The notes under the pieces: model-generated
Database searches by the model: none
Seen by the model: only the letters and a program-made list of their open reading frames with translations
Told to the model about the DNA's origin: nothing
In this document: in pieces, positions 29,295-44,428 of the stretch
Position numbering within the stretch: the stretch's first letter is position 1
Layout: every line of letters begins with the position of its first letter
Program-made: the position numbers and the translations under genes
DNA from: Gekko japonicus
Taxonomy: Eukaryota
Length of the DNA stretch: 64,000 nucleotides
Assembly: GCF_001447785.1 (NCBI RefSeq)
Contig: NW_015169179.1
Location: 781,441-845,440 of the forward strand
Direction: 5' to 3'

Positions 29295-29411
29295 CAAACT
29301 GACAGTTGTTCCCATAGTAGCCTGGAGAGCATGTGCAGATGTAGCGCCCTGGGCGGATGTAGTTGCACGTCTGCCGGTTCCTGCAGTTCCTGCCCTCACA
29401 GGCTGAAGGAT
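29295..29411 (-). CDS. SNED1: SNED1 additional EGF exon ('8b'), 117 bp, phase 1-1
   Basis: ctcttctccgctctag|ATCCTT...CAGTTTG|gtgagc; DPSACEGRNCRNRQTCNYIRPGRYICTCSPGYYGNNCQF, with six Cys in EGF spacing. Confidence 0.88.
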
Positions 29412-29602
29412 CTAGAGCGGAGAAGAGTAGGGAGCCTCAGTACGGCCCAACGCAGCCGAGCAACTAAACAGAACAAGTACGGGGCTGAGTTTAAGTAGAA
29501 AACCTGACAGGAGCATCAGAGCGGAGAAAGAGGTACAGAGTGAAGACTTCTGCCACTGAGAGAGTCTGGCATTGTGGGGAGGAGACTGCTGCCATGCAGT
29601 TA

Positions 29603-29758
<156 letters not shown>

Positions 29759-30126
29759 TTAAGATGGGTCACATATGAAAATCAGCTGCAGACTTAGTCA
29801 TGCACACAAAATACTCCAAGTCTCTATGTATGTACATTTTAAGGGTCCTCCTTTATAAGAAAAGCTAAACTGGGAATTGCAAACATCCAGTTCCCACCTT
29901 GCATCACTGAGCATTCCCCTACTCATAAAAGAATGAGGAAGCAGAACTATAGACATGCACTGGAACTGCTGGATTGAGACCTTGGACACCTGGGTTCTTC
30001 GTTGTCCAACTTTTGTGAGAAGAATGATATCAGCATTCTTTGAACATCTTCCCAAATCCTCCGTTGCAATGCCTGACTGAAGACCTTCCTTGACTAAAGG
30101 AGCTAGCACTCCTTTCATTAGCTCAC

Positions 30127-30240
30127 CTGTCTCACAATCTTCTCCAGTATAGCCTGGCTGGCACAGGCACATAGCTGTTCTGTTTGCTGCCTGGCATTCC
30201 CCACCATTCAGGCATTCTTTGGCTTCACATGGAGATTCCT
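30127..30240 (-). CDS. SNED1: SNED1 exon 7 (EGF), 114 bp
   Basis: tcacag|AGGAAT...GAGACAG|gtgagc; EESPCEAKECLNGGECQAANRTAMCLCQPGYTGEDCET. Confidence 0.94.
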
Positions 30241-30649
30241 CTGTGATGTTTCAGCAAATGAAACAAACACTAAATTAAGACACAAAGAATTTGCAGTTCC
30301 ACTGATACAAAGGTAAATATGCATGCATAATATTTATACCACAGCTGCTGAATGTGTGTGCCAGACACACTGTTTTATTTCTCCCCTTTTCAGTTTTCAG
30401 GCATGCACACCTCTTTAGTAGCATATCTTGTCTAAACCATCATAGGTGGGCATGAGAAGTGATGTGAAGTGTGGAAGGAGAAAGGTAGATGATGTTATAG
30501 CTTTTCTAGGTCCATCTGTCCACCAGTATTATGGAGGGGACAAGCTTCCATTGCTACAGTCTGTAGCTTCTGTGTGTAACACAAAATGTCACCACAAAAG
30601 GTCGATGAAATTAAGCCCTTTATGGATTTGCAAGTGATTACTCTTGCAA

Positions 30650-31600
30650 TTAGGGATGGATATGAACCAGCTCACAAACTAAAGTTTGTGATGAATTTTG
30701 GCTGGTTTGTGGTTTGTAAACCAAAGTCCGTGCCAGGTCAACTAGCATGAACTTTCCATGAACTTTCAAGCAGTTCCTAGAGACTTGTGCGGGTTCAAGA
30801 CTGTGGCTGCTCAAACAAAATGTTCACCAAACTTCAAAGCAACAGGGCCCACTGAATTCTCCAGCCTTGGAAACACTTTTGTCAGTTTCAAATTAGTCAT
30901 GTCAGTTTCAAGAGCTCCCCCTTCCAGGCATTCCTTTGTGTTACTTCCCATTTTCTTGCACAGAGCTTGCAAAATCCCACCCCCCCCCCCTTTGCTTGGG
31001 TTTCTGACTCTGTGCTTTGAGATCAGTCCTTTTAAACCCAGTCAACGGCACTGGGTTCTGCTGGGCATTCTGCACATTGTAACCAGTTGTGCTGGGCTTG
31101 CAAAATCCCACCCACCCACCCCCCCCCCGCACTTGGATTTGGTTCCGCTGGGCATTCTGTACACTGAACTGGTTGTGCTGGGCTTGAAAAAATCCCCCCC
31201 TTCAGGTTGTACTTCAAGGAGTCTCTGGTTTGACATTAGTCCTCTTTTACTTGCATTGCTTCAGTGGCACTGAGTTTTTCTGGGCCTTCTGTATGCTGAA
31301 CTGGTTGTGCTGGGCTTGCAACCCCCCTTGCTTGGATTGTGATTCTGTACTTCACATCAATCTTGTAGAGCTGGCATTGCCACAATGGCACTGGGTTCTG
31401 CTGGGCACTAGTACATTGCACTGGTTCTGTTGGGCTTACAAAACTGCCCTCCATCACTGTAAGTTTCTACTGCAGAGATTCTCTGGCTTGACCTCAGTCC
31501 TGTTGGGTTTGCAATGCCACAGTGGCACTGGTTATGCTGGGTACATTGCACTGGTTTGGCTGGCCTAACTAAAGCATTCCATTTGGAGCTACTGTCAAGG
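30650..31600. repeat. Repeat element with a degenerate internal tandem array
   Basis: Recurrent CACTGG(G)TT(C/G)TGCTGGGC units at about 31050-31570; begins TAGGGATGG. Confidence 0.55.
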
Positions 31601-32199
31601 CAGTTGTTCAGGCCTACTCTTTGTTTCATACCTGTTAACCACACCAGACATGGCTAAAAATCTTACATCTGCAAAGTTGGGTCACTTTCATTTCTCTCCT
31701 CTATCCGATCTTATTCTCATCCATAGCATATTTATATGCTATACAAGCTCTAAAAATATTCCCTGTTTTTTATCCAGGAAATATTATATAAGGCACAGTT
31801 ACAGAATGAAACCCATATTTTTCACAGCAAGATATCCTGTCTCAGGACCTGATTAAGAAACTCTTGTGAATGAGTTCTGACCTGGAAGTCACTGCAAAGG
31901 TCACTGCTGACAGCAGGAGGATGCAGCCGCCCTCACTTTGATGCAAAGATATCAAAGGCAAAGGATGCACAGTTTTGAAATCTGTGGGATGCAAAATACC
32001 CTGATCCGGAATATCTCAGAGAGAACTACAAGACAGCCACCCTCCCCTGCCCTTTAACTGAACTACCACAGGCTACATCTTTATCAGCAATGTAGATAAA
32101 TACATGATAGATTAAAAATATTATTTAAACTTCATATTTTTAAAAAGTTAGTTGTATTAGACATCTCTTAAAATAACCTGCAGTTTATATGAGCATCAA

Positions 32200-33610
32200 G
32201 GATTTCTGGATGAAGCAGATTGTTTTAGTTCCTTTCCAACCTGATTTCAGGCTGGTTTGATGATTCTTTTTAAAAAATCTATCATGTATTATGGGACTAA
32301 AACAGCCTTGGTCATGCTGGTGTATGACCAGCACTTAGAGATGGACAGAGGAACTGTGACCCCACTGATTCTCCTAGACCTCAGTGGCTTTTTATACCAT
32401 TGACCACAGTATCCTTCTAAACTGCCTTTTGGAGTTGAGAATGGGAGATGCCATTTTGCAGTGGTTTCAGTCCTACCCAGAAGGTAGGTTTCAGATGATG
32501 ATGCTGGGAGACTGCTACTCAGCCATTGGCATCTGGCCTATAGGATCCTGCAAGAGTCCATCTTGCCCCCCCCATGCCCTTTAACATCTATATGAAACTG
32601 CTGGGTGAGGTCTTCTGGAAGTTTTGGCTAGATTGTCATTACCATGGGGATGACACTCAGCTTTATCTCATACTTCCAGATCTCAGGAAGGCTGTAGAAA
32701 CCCTGAACCTTGAGGGAGTGTTGAGGTGCATGCAAGCTAATAAATCAAAGCTTAATCCTGACAAGTTGGAAGTGCTACTGGTTTGTGGAAGGAACAACAC
32801 AGGATTTAAAATGTCTCTGGTTCTAGATGGGATTGCACCCCCCTTGAAAGAGCAGGTCTCTAGCTTGGAGGTGCTCCTGGATCCAGGCCTATGCTGGACA
32901 AGCAGGTGGTAGTTGTAACTAGGAGTGCCTTTTACAAGTTCATTTGGTCAGCCAGCTGCCACCTTTCCTGGGCAAAAAAACCCTGGCCACCGTGTTGCAT
33001 GCCCTGGTAACATCTATATTAGATTACTGCAATACTCTTGAAGCAGGGCTGTCTTTGAAAAGATTATGGAAACTTTAATAGGTACAGAATACTGAAGCTA
33101 GAGTGGGTCACAGGAACCATATCCCTCCAGTCTTAGCTCAGCTATATTGACTCCCAATTTGTTTCTGTGCCAATTCAGGGTGCTTTCATTGACCTGGTAA
33201 ACCCTATACAGTTTGTGGCCAGCATATTTTAAGGACTGCCTATTCCCATACAAACCTACACAACTACTATAGTCATTTTCTGAGGCTCCCGTCTGAGTTT
33301 AGATGGGTGGCAACTGGAGAGACAGCCTTCTCAGTCATGGCACAAAGATAATGAATTCCTTCCCCAGATATATTAATCTGTCTCCTTCTATCACTGTCTT
33401 CTTCCAGTGAGTGAAGACATTTTTGTTTTGTCTGGTGTTCTCTCAATGACCCCTCCTTCTTGCCCCAGGTTTTAATTTTTGTTTCTGTGTTTTTACTCAT
33501 GGGTTTTGCTTTTAAACTGGTTTACTAATATGTTTTTATAATGTTCTGTTTTTGTTAGCCACCTTGGTGGCCCTTACTGGGCTGAAAGGCAGGATATAAA
33601 TTTTGTAAAC
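32200..33610 (+). pseudogene. Degenerate L2-clade LINE, RT region plus 3' end
   Basis: Frameshifted RT motifs LDLS.AFYTIDHSILL, FNIYMKLLG, GDDTQLY and LNPDKLEVL. Confidence 0.8.
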
Positions 33611-34448
33611 TGGCTCCCAGAATACTTGCATGTTGATACCATTCTCACTCCCTTCCAGTTGCTGCTCAGTATTTATCTTTTCAGCAGTTCTTTTCATACA
33701 ACCCCCTTAGTCCTCATCCTGTTCAGAAACTAAGCCAAAATGTATGTTCATTTCAGTTATGTAGACTTTATTTCTATCTATCCCTTCTTTCTTCTCCTCA
33801 CTTTGTTATCTTTTTCATCTGAAATGTTATACTTTAATGCTTAAGCTATTAGAGGGCAGAGTCTTCTTGTACTATGAACAGCACTGCACAAGCAGACAAG
33901 ACAGTAACACCACCACCACCACCACAAATTGCCTTTTTTACTTGAAGATCAAGTAATTAAATCAATCCACCCAGTGTTTTTTCAATCCCTCCTAAAAATA
34001 TTGGCTGTATGTATACTTATACACATTGCCACTGTCCTGTCCCAAAACTTTCTAACAAAGAGGCACTGGGGCAGGTATATGCTTATAACTGCTTTGCCCA
34101 CCTAGTCCTACCCAGGGGTCATTTCGTAGAAAAAGAGCTGCAGGAGCTCATTAGCATACCTGATAAGCTATTAGCATAAAGACCATTAGCATATGCCACA
34201 CCCCCTGACATCACCGAAAGTTATGTCAGAAGGGGAAGCAAAAAGGGGGGAAGGCATCTTCAAAAGGCCCCCCTTCCCTTCTCCAGCCGGCCTACCAAGG
34301 CGGTCTGGGGGGGGGGAGCAAAGAGAAGGGGTTTAGAGTCTAGAGTTGCACCACAGTAGCAGTGCGATCTCTCCATTCTATTCTATGGGGCCATCGAATA
34401 CAATGGAGAAGGAGCTTGGGGGCGGGGACCTGGGGGTGGGGCTTGTCA

Positions 34449-34691
<243 letters not shown>

Positions 34692-34895
34692 TTAATTTCC
34701 CCCCACAGTGTTAGGTTGATCTGGATAACACCCATTCCAATGGCAACAGTTTGGATGCTTCCTCAGAACCATCTCTTTTTCCTCAGGGACAAAACATCTT
34801 TTCCTCCCAAATTCCAACAGAGGGCCAAACTCACAGGGTAACATACACACACATACCATAAACAAACAGTAATAATATAAAGTCAATAAAATATA

Positions 34896-35456
34896 TGTAA
34901 GCCTTGTAAAATATTTACTATTCAAAAGTGTGTTAAGTGCTTTCACCTGCAGAGTGGGCCCTAGCCTAAAAACACTGCCCTATAGAGGAGGTGCTTCCTG
35001 CAGGGAGGCTGGGTGAGTAGTTGCCTGGCAACAGGGCAGAAGAAGGAGAGGGTGTACTCCAAGCGGGAGAAGCAGCCAAAGAAGATGCTGAGGTGTTTTT
35101 TTTCTCCTGATGGAGAATTCCTAAAGACGTTCCTGGGGAAAAACAGACCGTGGAGACTGAGAAAGGCAGTTAGCAGAGGAGTAGCTGTATTCTGGAGTGA
35201 GCTGTTAGTCCTGAGAGTGTGTGCCTTCTCAGTGACTCTGAGGAAAAGTTATCAGAAGACTTTCTTCTCTTTGTGCCCTAAGTTTGGACCACCATATATA
35301 TTTATTCATACTGTTTGTTAAAGCTCCCATTCTGACCTTATTGTTTCCCCTCACCTTTCAATAAATGTATTTTGTTTAGATGTGTTCAGATTTTGAATGG
35401 GGCATCCACAATCCTGTGACCACTAACTTAGCCCTTTTAAGGCAAAAAGGCTTACA
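34896..35456 (+). mobile_element. Solo LTR, 561 bp
   Basis: Perfect 10-bp terminal inverted repeat TGTAAGCCTT...AAGGCTTACA; 4-bp TSD TATA; AATAAA at 35360. Confidence 0.78.
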
Positions 35457-35594
35457 TATATAAGACATATAAAACACTCCTTGTGTCAGAATAAAGCAAA
35501 AGACCAAGCATGTTTCAACCAAATTTTTACTAGTGGTCAATTATCTTCAAACAGCAATTCAACATATTTCTCTGTCAAAGAATGTGACTATGCG

Positions 35595-35603
35595 CACACG
35601 CAC

Positions 35604-35634
<31 letters not shown>
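35595..35634 (+). repeat. (CA)n microsatellite
   Basis: Directly visible. Confidence 0.9.
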
Positions 35635-36123
35635 GAGTATCTTGTTGCCTGAATAGATTCTTAAAAACAATACCCAAAAATAATATTTCAAAATTACTGG
35701 TAAACTACAGTTGTCCCATTAAACCAAATACATTCAATATCATGTTTATTTCCAATAACCCTAGCATATTTAAGAAATTCACTAAATTTTTCAGTTGAGG
35801 TAGATACTGAATTACCATAAACCACCATAATATATATATAGATAGATTGGGGATTTTGCTTTGCCTTCTCCTTCAAAACAGCCAAACGGTCAAAAATCAG
35901 TTTCAGGAGGCTAAAACAGTCACTTGAAAACAGGAAGAGCAAGCTAGTTAAAAGCAAAGCATAGTTCCTACTTTTAAAAAAAATAGTGAGTCAGACCACA
36001 GGTTCTCCTTGTTACTTCTGAATGTCAGTAGCTCTCCAGAGTCTCAGGCAGTAGTATTTCTCTTTTAACTGGAGATGCCAGGGATTGAACCTGAGATTTT
36101 CTGGATGCAAGGAAGGTGCTCTA

Positions 36124-36324
<201 letters not shown>

Positions 36325-36554
36325 TCATCAGATGTTGACACAACCAGAATATGTTGTCGTAACAATACTGGACTGACCAATTATGGCTCCTATTTTTTTG
36401 GGGGTAACTAACATACTGAATGGAAGTGCTGAATTTATTTTACATGATTCATCTCAACTGAGGCCATGTACATTTAAACTGGATTGAAGTTTAATAATTN
36501 NNNNNNNNNNNNNNNNNNNNNNNNNNNNNNNNNNATATATAAAATGGATTTATA

Positions 36555-36607
<53 letters not shown>

Positions 36608-38325
36608 TACATATAGAAACTGTTATCTCTCTTCCTTGGCTTTTAGCTGCTTATAACAATTGCTTGGATTCTAAACCTCGTTTCTGCCTGTGCCCTTCTT
36701 CATCCATTGCAAAGATGGTCCTCTGCAATGGACCATGTTCATCTATCCCCAGGCACTTTTTGTCTCACTGAATGATACTGCCCACTGCTAGATGAATGCT
36801 CTTCACAGCAGAGCACTATGCAAGCTGAAACAAGGCTAAAGATCCAAGGGAATATTTTTATTTGATCAGCCAATGACTTGCCCTAAAATTATGAAGATCA
36901 AAATGATGACTTTTTAATCCAAAATCTAATATTTTTCTATAAACAACTTTCTTTGATCAACTGAAATTTTAATAAGAATGACCTCTCCTTTGAAGTCCTG
37001 AGTTTTTGAAAGACATTCATATACACAACAGTTCCAGCCAGTTTTACATCCTGCGGCTGACCCCATTTTGTGTGGGTGTGCTCTTTTGATTATGTTATAC
37101 ACTTTTTAAGACAAACCACAAGAATGAAGGCTAAGCATCAGGATAAAGGCCACCAAAATTCCACACTATTAAATTTTTGACAACATTAAAATAATTCCAG
37201 AGGTTTAAAGTCTTCAAGAAAAATGATAAAACAGTTCTTGAGACTCCTCAATATGCTGGGAATTCCATCACATAGTTTGCAGTGATTGAAAAATCACACA
37301 TGGGGAGACCAGGACGATACGATGGAGTCAAGCCCCCCTCATCATGTTTTCCCAACCTGGAACAGCCCCAGCAAGCTGCTATTTGCCCCACTGCGGCAAA
37401 TATACATATATGGATGCTCACACTTAACCTCCCAGACTGAATCTGGTCCCTGCGTGAGAAATTTAAACAACAACCACTGGGAACTGTTCATGAGATTTGC
37501 AATGTCTCATGTTGTTGAGCACCTTAGAGCCAACAAGTCAGTGAAATTTCCAGGAGAGAAAAAGCTTTTTAAAAACCCTCAAACACTTTGAGTGCTGCCA
37601 GGAAAGCAGTATATACATATTGCAAATAAATGGGGAGGGGGCAGAGATGCAGACAGGCATATAGTCACAGAACCAGAAAAGAGATGATCCGAGACTAAGG
37701 AGCTGTTGATTGAGTAAAAGGAAAATCGACTCTAAAACCCATACCCCAACTACATATGTCTAGTTTCTTAGAAAACAAGGCAAAAATCTGAGTTTAACTG
37801 AAGACCATGTGCCCTGCTGAATCAGAGCAGTGGTCTATGTAGACCACCATCCTGTTTCATACAGTGTCCAAACAGTTGTCCTGGAGAGCCAGTAAACAGG
37901 CATAGAGGCCAAGGCCCTCCCCCTGATGTTGCCTCCTAGCACTGGGTTTCAGAGGTCTACTGCCTACTAATATGAAGTTTTTTTCTTTTTCTTGGCGACT
38001 CTGGATCCTTAAGCTAGATCCAGCATTAATTTTTCACCAGTGGAAAGTACACGGGTGGGATGGGAGTGGCAGGCTTTTATCAGTTACCCCCTCCCATTGT
38101 GGATCCCCAATTGGCCTCTCATGCTGTTCCTCAGGATTCCCTATCCTTCAGAAGCAGCATTTCAGGGAATTCAGTGAGCTGCGGTGGGAGGGAGGAAAGT
38201 TCTGTTCTGCTGATGGAAGTGCCTTCCATTAGCGGAAAGTTGCCACTAGATCCAAGCCCTTATATACAAGTTTTCAATAAAGGCAAGTCCCAAGCCTCCG
38301 TTCTGGATGCAAGGAAGGTGCTCTA

Positions 38326-38526
<201 letters not shown>

Positions 38527-38972
38527 TCATCAGATGTTGACACAACCAGAATATGTTGTCGTAACAATACTGGACTGACCAATTATGGCTCCTATTTTTT
38601 TGGGGGTAACTAACATACTGAATGGAAGTGCTGAATTTATTTTACATGATTCATCTCAACTGAGGCCATGTACATTTAAACTGGATTGAAGTTTAATAAT
38701 TATATATATATATATATATATATANNNNNNNNNNNNNNNNNNNNNNNNNNNNNNNNNNNNNNNNNNNNNNNNNNNNNNNNNNNNNNNNNNNNNNNNNNNN
38801 NNNNNNNNNNNNNNNNNNNNNNNNNNNNNNNNNNNNNNNNNNNNNNNNNNNNNNNNNNNNNNNNNNNNNNNNNNNNNNNNNNNNNNNNNNNNNNNNNNNN
38901 NNNNNNNNNNNNNNNNNNNNNNNNNNNNNNNNNNNNNNNNNNNNNNNNNNNNATATATAAAATGGATTTATA

Positions 38973-39025
<53 letters not shown>

Positions 39026-41759
39026 TACATATAGAAACTGTTATCTCTCTTCCTTGGCTTTTAGCTGCTTATAACAATTGCTTGGATTCTAAACCTCGTT
39101 TCTGCCTGTGCCCTTCTTCATCCATTGCAAAGATGGTCCTCTGCAATGGACCATGTTCATCTATCCCCAGGCACTTTTTGTCTCACTGAATGATACTGCC
39201 CACTGCTAGATGAATGCTCTTCACAGCAGAGCACTATGCAAGCTGAAACAAGGCTAAAGATCCAAGGGAATATTTTTATTTGATCAGCCAATGACTTGCC
39301 CTAAAATTATGAAGATCAAAATGATGACTTTTTAATCCAAAATCTAATATTTTTCTATAAACAACTTTCTTTGATCAACTGAAATTTTAATAAGAATGAC
39401 CTCTCCTTTGAAGTCCTGAGTTTTTGAAAGACATTCATATACACAACAGTTCCAGCCAGTTTTACATCCTGCGGCTGACCCCATTTTGTGTGGGTGTGCT
39501 CTTTTGATTATGTTATACACTTTTTAAGACAAACCACAAGAATGAAGGCTAAGCATCAGGATAAAGGCCACCAAAATTCCACACTATTAAATTTTTGACA
39601 ACATTAAAATAATTCCAGAGGTTTAAAGTCTTCAAGAAAAATGATAAAACAGTTCTTGAGACTCCTCAATATGCTGGGAATTCCATCACATAGTTTGCAG
39701 TGATTGAAAAATCACACATGGGGAGACCAGGACGATACGATGGAGTCAAGCCCCCCTCATCATGTTTTCCCAACCTGGAACAGCCCCAGCAAGCTGCTAT
39801 TTGCCCCACTGCGGCAAATATACATATATGGATGCTCACACTTAACCTCCCAGACTGAATCTGGTCCCTGCGTGAGAAATTTAAACAACAACCACTGGGA
39901 ACTGTTCATGAGATTTGCAATGTCTCATGTTGTTGAGCACCTTAGAGCCAACAAGTCAGTGAAATTTCCAGGAGAGAAAAAGCTTTTTAAAAACCCTCAA
40001 ACACTTTGAGTGCTGCCAGGAAAGCAGTATATACATATTGCAAATAAATGGGGAGGGGGCAGAGATGCAGACAGGCATATAGTCACAGAACCAGAAAAGA
40101 GATGATCCGAGACTAAGGAGCTGTTGATTGAGTAAAAGGAAAATCGACTCTAAAACCCATACCCCAACTACATATGTCTAGTTTCTTAGAAAACAAGGCA
40201 AAAATCTGAGTTTAACTGAAGACCATGTGCCCTGCTGAATCAGAGCAGTGGTCTATGTAGACCACCATCCTGTTTCATACAGTGTCCAAACAGTTGTCCT
40301 GGAGAGCCAGTAAACAGGCATAGAGGCCAAGGCCCTCCCCCTGATGTTGCCTCCTAGCACTGGGTTTCAGAGGTCTACTGCCTACTAATATGAAGTTTTT
40401 TTCTTTTTCTTGGCGACTCTGGATCCTTAAGCTAGATCCAGCATTAATTTTTCACCAGTGGAAAGTACACGGGTGGGATGGGAGTGGCAGGCTTTTATCA
40501 GTTACCCCCTCCCATTGTGGATCCCCAATTGGCCTCTCATGCTGTTCCTCAGGATTCCCTATCCTTCAGAAGCAGCATTTCAGGGAATTCAGTGAGCTGC
40601 GGTGGGAGGGAGGAAAGTTCTGTTCTGCTGATGGAAGTGCCTTCCATTAGCGGAAAGTTGCCACTAGATCCAAGCCCTTATATACAAGTTTTCAATAAAG
40701 GCAAGTCCCAAGCCTCCGTGTGCCATCCTCCCTGTCCCTGCTGTTGACCAGACAGTGGCAGGGCTGATGGGGGTTGATAGCTCAAGAAGAGAAAAGGAAG
40801 GAGGTCAGGATCACTGCTACCATCAAAATATAAGGGAAGGCCAAACTGAGGAATTTTGGGTAAGTTCAGACTCCCCTCCACGACCCTGGCCTGAGTTACC
40901 CAAGGCACACAGATGTTTTAAATGAGCCTTCAGAGGGTACCATTTCAAAAAATTTATATCACTGTAAGTAAGCTAAACCACTTTGGGAAAAATGTATTTT
41001 AAATAGGAGTTGTTAACTGATAAATGGTTAACTGATTCATCATCTTTTAGATTAATTCATTACATTTATTTAAATTCGCAGATAATAAAAAGCCCCAATG
41101 GAGGGCTATTTTTGAAATATTTAAGAAAATGTGCAACAACTTACAGTTTAATAAATCTACCCTTTCATATGTTCCCCTCACCCCAGACCATCTTTTCATT
41201 TTCTTTTCTACCCCTTATTATGGTAATTACATAACACACCTGAACAAAAATAGAATAAAAAATTAAGTATGCCCTTAACTGAGTGTCACCAATTCAAATT
41301 CACTCTAATTAAACTCGGCTGCCACTAATCAATCAATTAAAGTTTTCGTTGATTATATGAAGGCTCTAAGGGCTCATTTGTACCTATTCAGCCTGGCCTT
41401 CTGTCTCATTTATCTCAAAACACTCCATTGTTCTATTTTGTTTCACCTTTGAGAATAACTAAAGAAACCTTAACTGTCATTGGTGGGGGGAAAAATCACT
41501 GGTCCCCAGCCAATGATATACTCCAGGTGTCATCCAATAACAGAATAAAGTTCCCATGATTTGCAACTTGCACATGGACTCTGCGTCAATGCATCCCATG
41601 TCTTGTTGTCCATATTATTTCATCGTTTTCATACCTGGGGATGGGAGAAGTATTCATTTCCCCCCCCCCTTCCACACCCAAACTGCATAGTTGCTGCCTT
41701 CAACTGGCACTGGGATTTTCACAGAACAAATAGAAGGGCTGGAAGAATTGGTTTGGTTA

Positions 41760-41948
<189 letters not shown>

Positions 41949-43568
41949 CTAGGAAGACAAGGGCAGAGAGTGAAACCTCTCACTGGGGAAAGCAGGCCAG
42001 CTGTGGGAAAAGACAAGGGGCTTCTCTCTTCCACCATGCCCCAGTGCCCTGCAGAGGAATGGACTGCAAGAACATAAGGAATGGAAGCATCAGGTTTCAA
42101 AGCTAATTTTACAATCACTTCCCATTGGAAATTTATCCTCTTAGATCGAATACAGAGTACAGCACCTAACACTACAGCAAGTTCAATCTGTAAAGCGGGT
42201 AGATATTTGTAGGACTGAGACTACAATATTTCCTCTTTGCCCTTCTGGATGTTCTGCCTACACAGATTCCATCTAGGCGCCAGATGTTTTCCATTCAGAA
42301 GGCAGTTTCTTTGAGGGCAACCTTGTAAATAGTCCCTTGCCTGGTCACTACTGAAGAGAATCGTCTCCATACAACCAGGCAGAAAAGCTTTGCACAAGTT
42401 GGATCTTTATTTCTTTCCACTGATGCAGGCCGGACAGGTTAGACACTGTTCTTTTGGAAAAGTATCTTTTGTAGGTCTATTTGCAAGGCTGGTTTGAAGC
42501 AAGCATTCTCTCTCTATGGCACCCGTTGCAACAGAGCCCTGATTTTAGCTTCTACAGTCTCACGGATAAAAAAACCCAGAACAGGCCAGCATCCTAAATA
42601 GCATCCCATATTGTTTTGCATGTCAGTTATGATTAAAGATCTTGACTATGACACATGCTGAACTGTCAGCATTAAAAGAAAAAGGGGGAGAGAGGGGAGA
42701 TCAGATGGTCCAGTTATTGCAACCCTTTTCCCAAATGGCTCTTGGCATACTAAAGCCTCAGCAATCCCCACACATCCATGACTCACTTGCTGGAAAGCAC
42801 ACAGAATGCTGAGCCTATTTTCATCCCCATTCATCTGCACAGGGTGAATCCAAGAGACTCTTGGACTCTCTCGCTCCTTTCCACGAAAACCGAGCAACGC
42901 TCTGCTAGCACAAGCCAAGCAGCAGCCTTTGCCATGCTGAGCTGCGAGGTGCTCGTGCCGAGCCACTCCATCTCACTGCGCATTACAGCAGCACGTTCTT
43001 GCAATCTTGGTCACAAGCCACTGCCTGGTGAAAACTTTTCAACTTCCTTTCTCTCCCTCCCTCCCTGGCTGGGTCTGGGTCAGGGTGTTCCTGAAGCACT
43101 GTACAGTATCCAAAGCTTGTGGTTACTGCTCTGTTTACAGTCATAAAAGTCTGCACTTCTGAATTTCTGGGGTTGAAACTGTGTCTATTTCCTTTACACC
43201 TGCAATTTCCTGCTTACTGGAGACTCTCAGATCCAGAGCTGGCAGACAGCCAAGCCTAGATCAATGAGTGGTAAGTTCGCACATTCAAACAACCATCAGT
43301 TATAAGAAAGGGGAAAAACCACACACACAAGGTTGAAATGAGAATACCAAGGGAAAGCTGTACTTGCTACAACTACTTGCTAGATGGCTCTTAAAAACCT
43401 GAGGCTAGAAGGGGAAGAAACTACAAGGCAAAGGCAAATGTAAAGAGCTGTGGTTTTACTATAACAAAGCCCTCCATATGGTTTTGTCATTGAAAAGCAA
43501 AGGAATATAGGTCATTATTACCGATACTAGGGGTTGGGAGAGGATCACCTTGTTGTTTAATGATCCTA

Positions 43569-43865
<297 letters not shown>

Positions 43866-44104
43866 TTATCAGTGAAAAACTGTTGTGAAGGCTTGAATCA
43901 GTCGGTGTATGATTAGAATCAATAAAGGAATGGCTCCTTTATGCCATTCAGAATTCAGCTCTTACTATTTTCAGAGCACAGTAGTTGAAAGAAAGTCTAG
44001 AGTTTTAGTGTCAGAGTGGTTTTCAGGAGGGGTGCTGGCATACTACACTTTTTCATATAGGGTTCACATGTTGTAGCCCACCCTACCTCAATCATAGATA
44101 TTTA

Positions 44105-44428
<324 letters not shown>

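Noticed and set aside
31040-31570. Repeat-spacer pattern superficially like CRISPR
   Set aside because: Eukaryotic intron, degenerate repeats, irregular spacing and no cas genes
42780-43060. Mildly CpG-enriched patch with minus-strand ATGs in intron 3, considered as an alternative first exon
   Set aside because: No convincing in-frame donor or signal peptide found; cannot be supported from sequence alone
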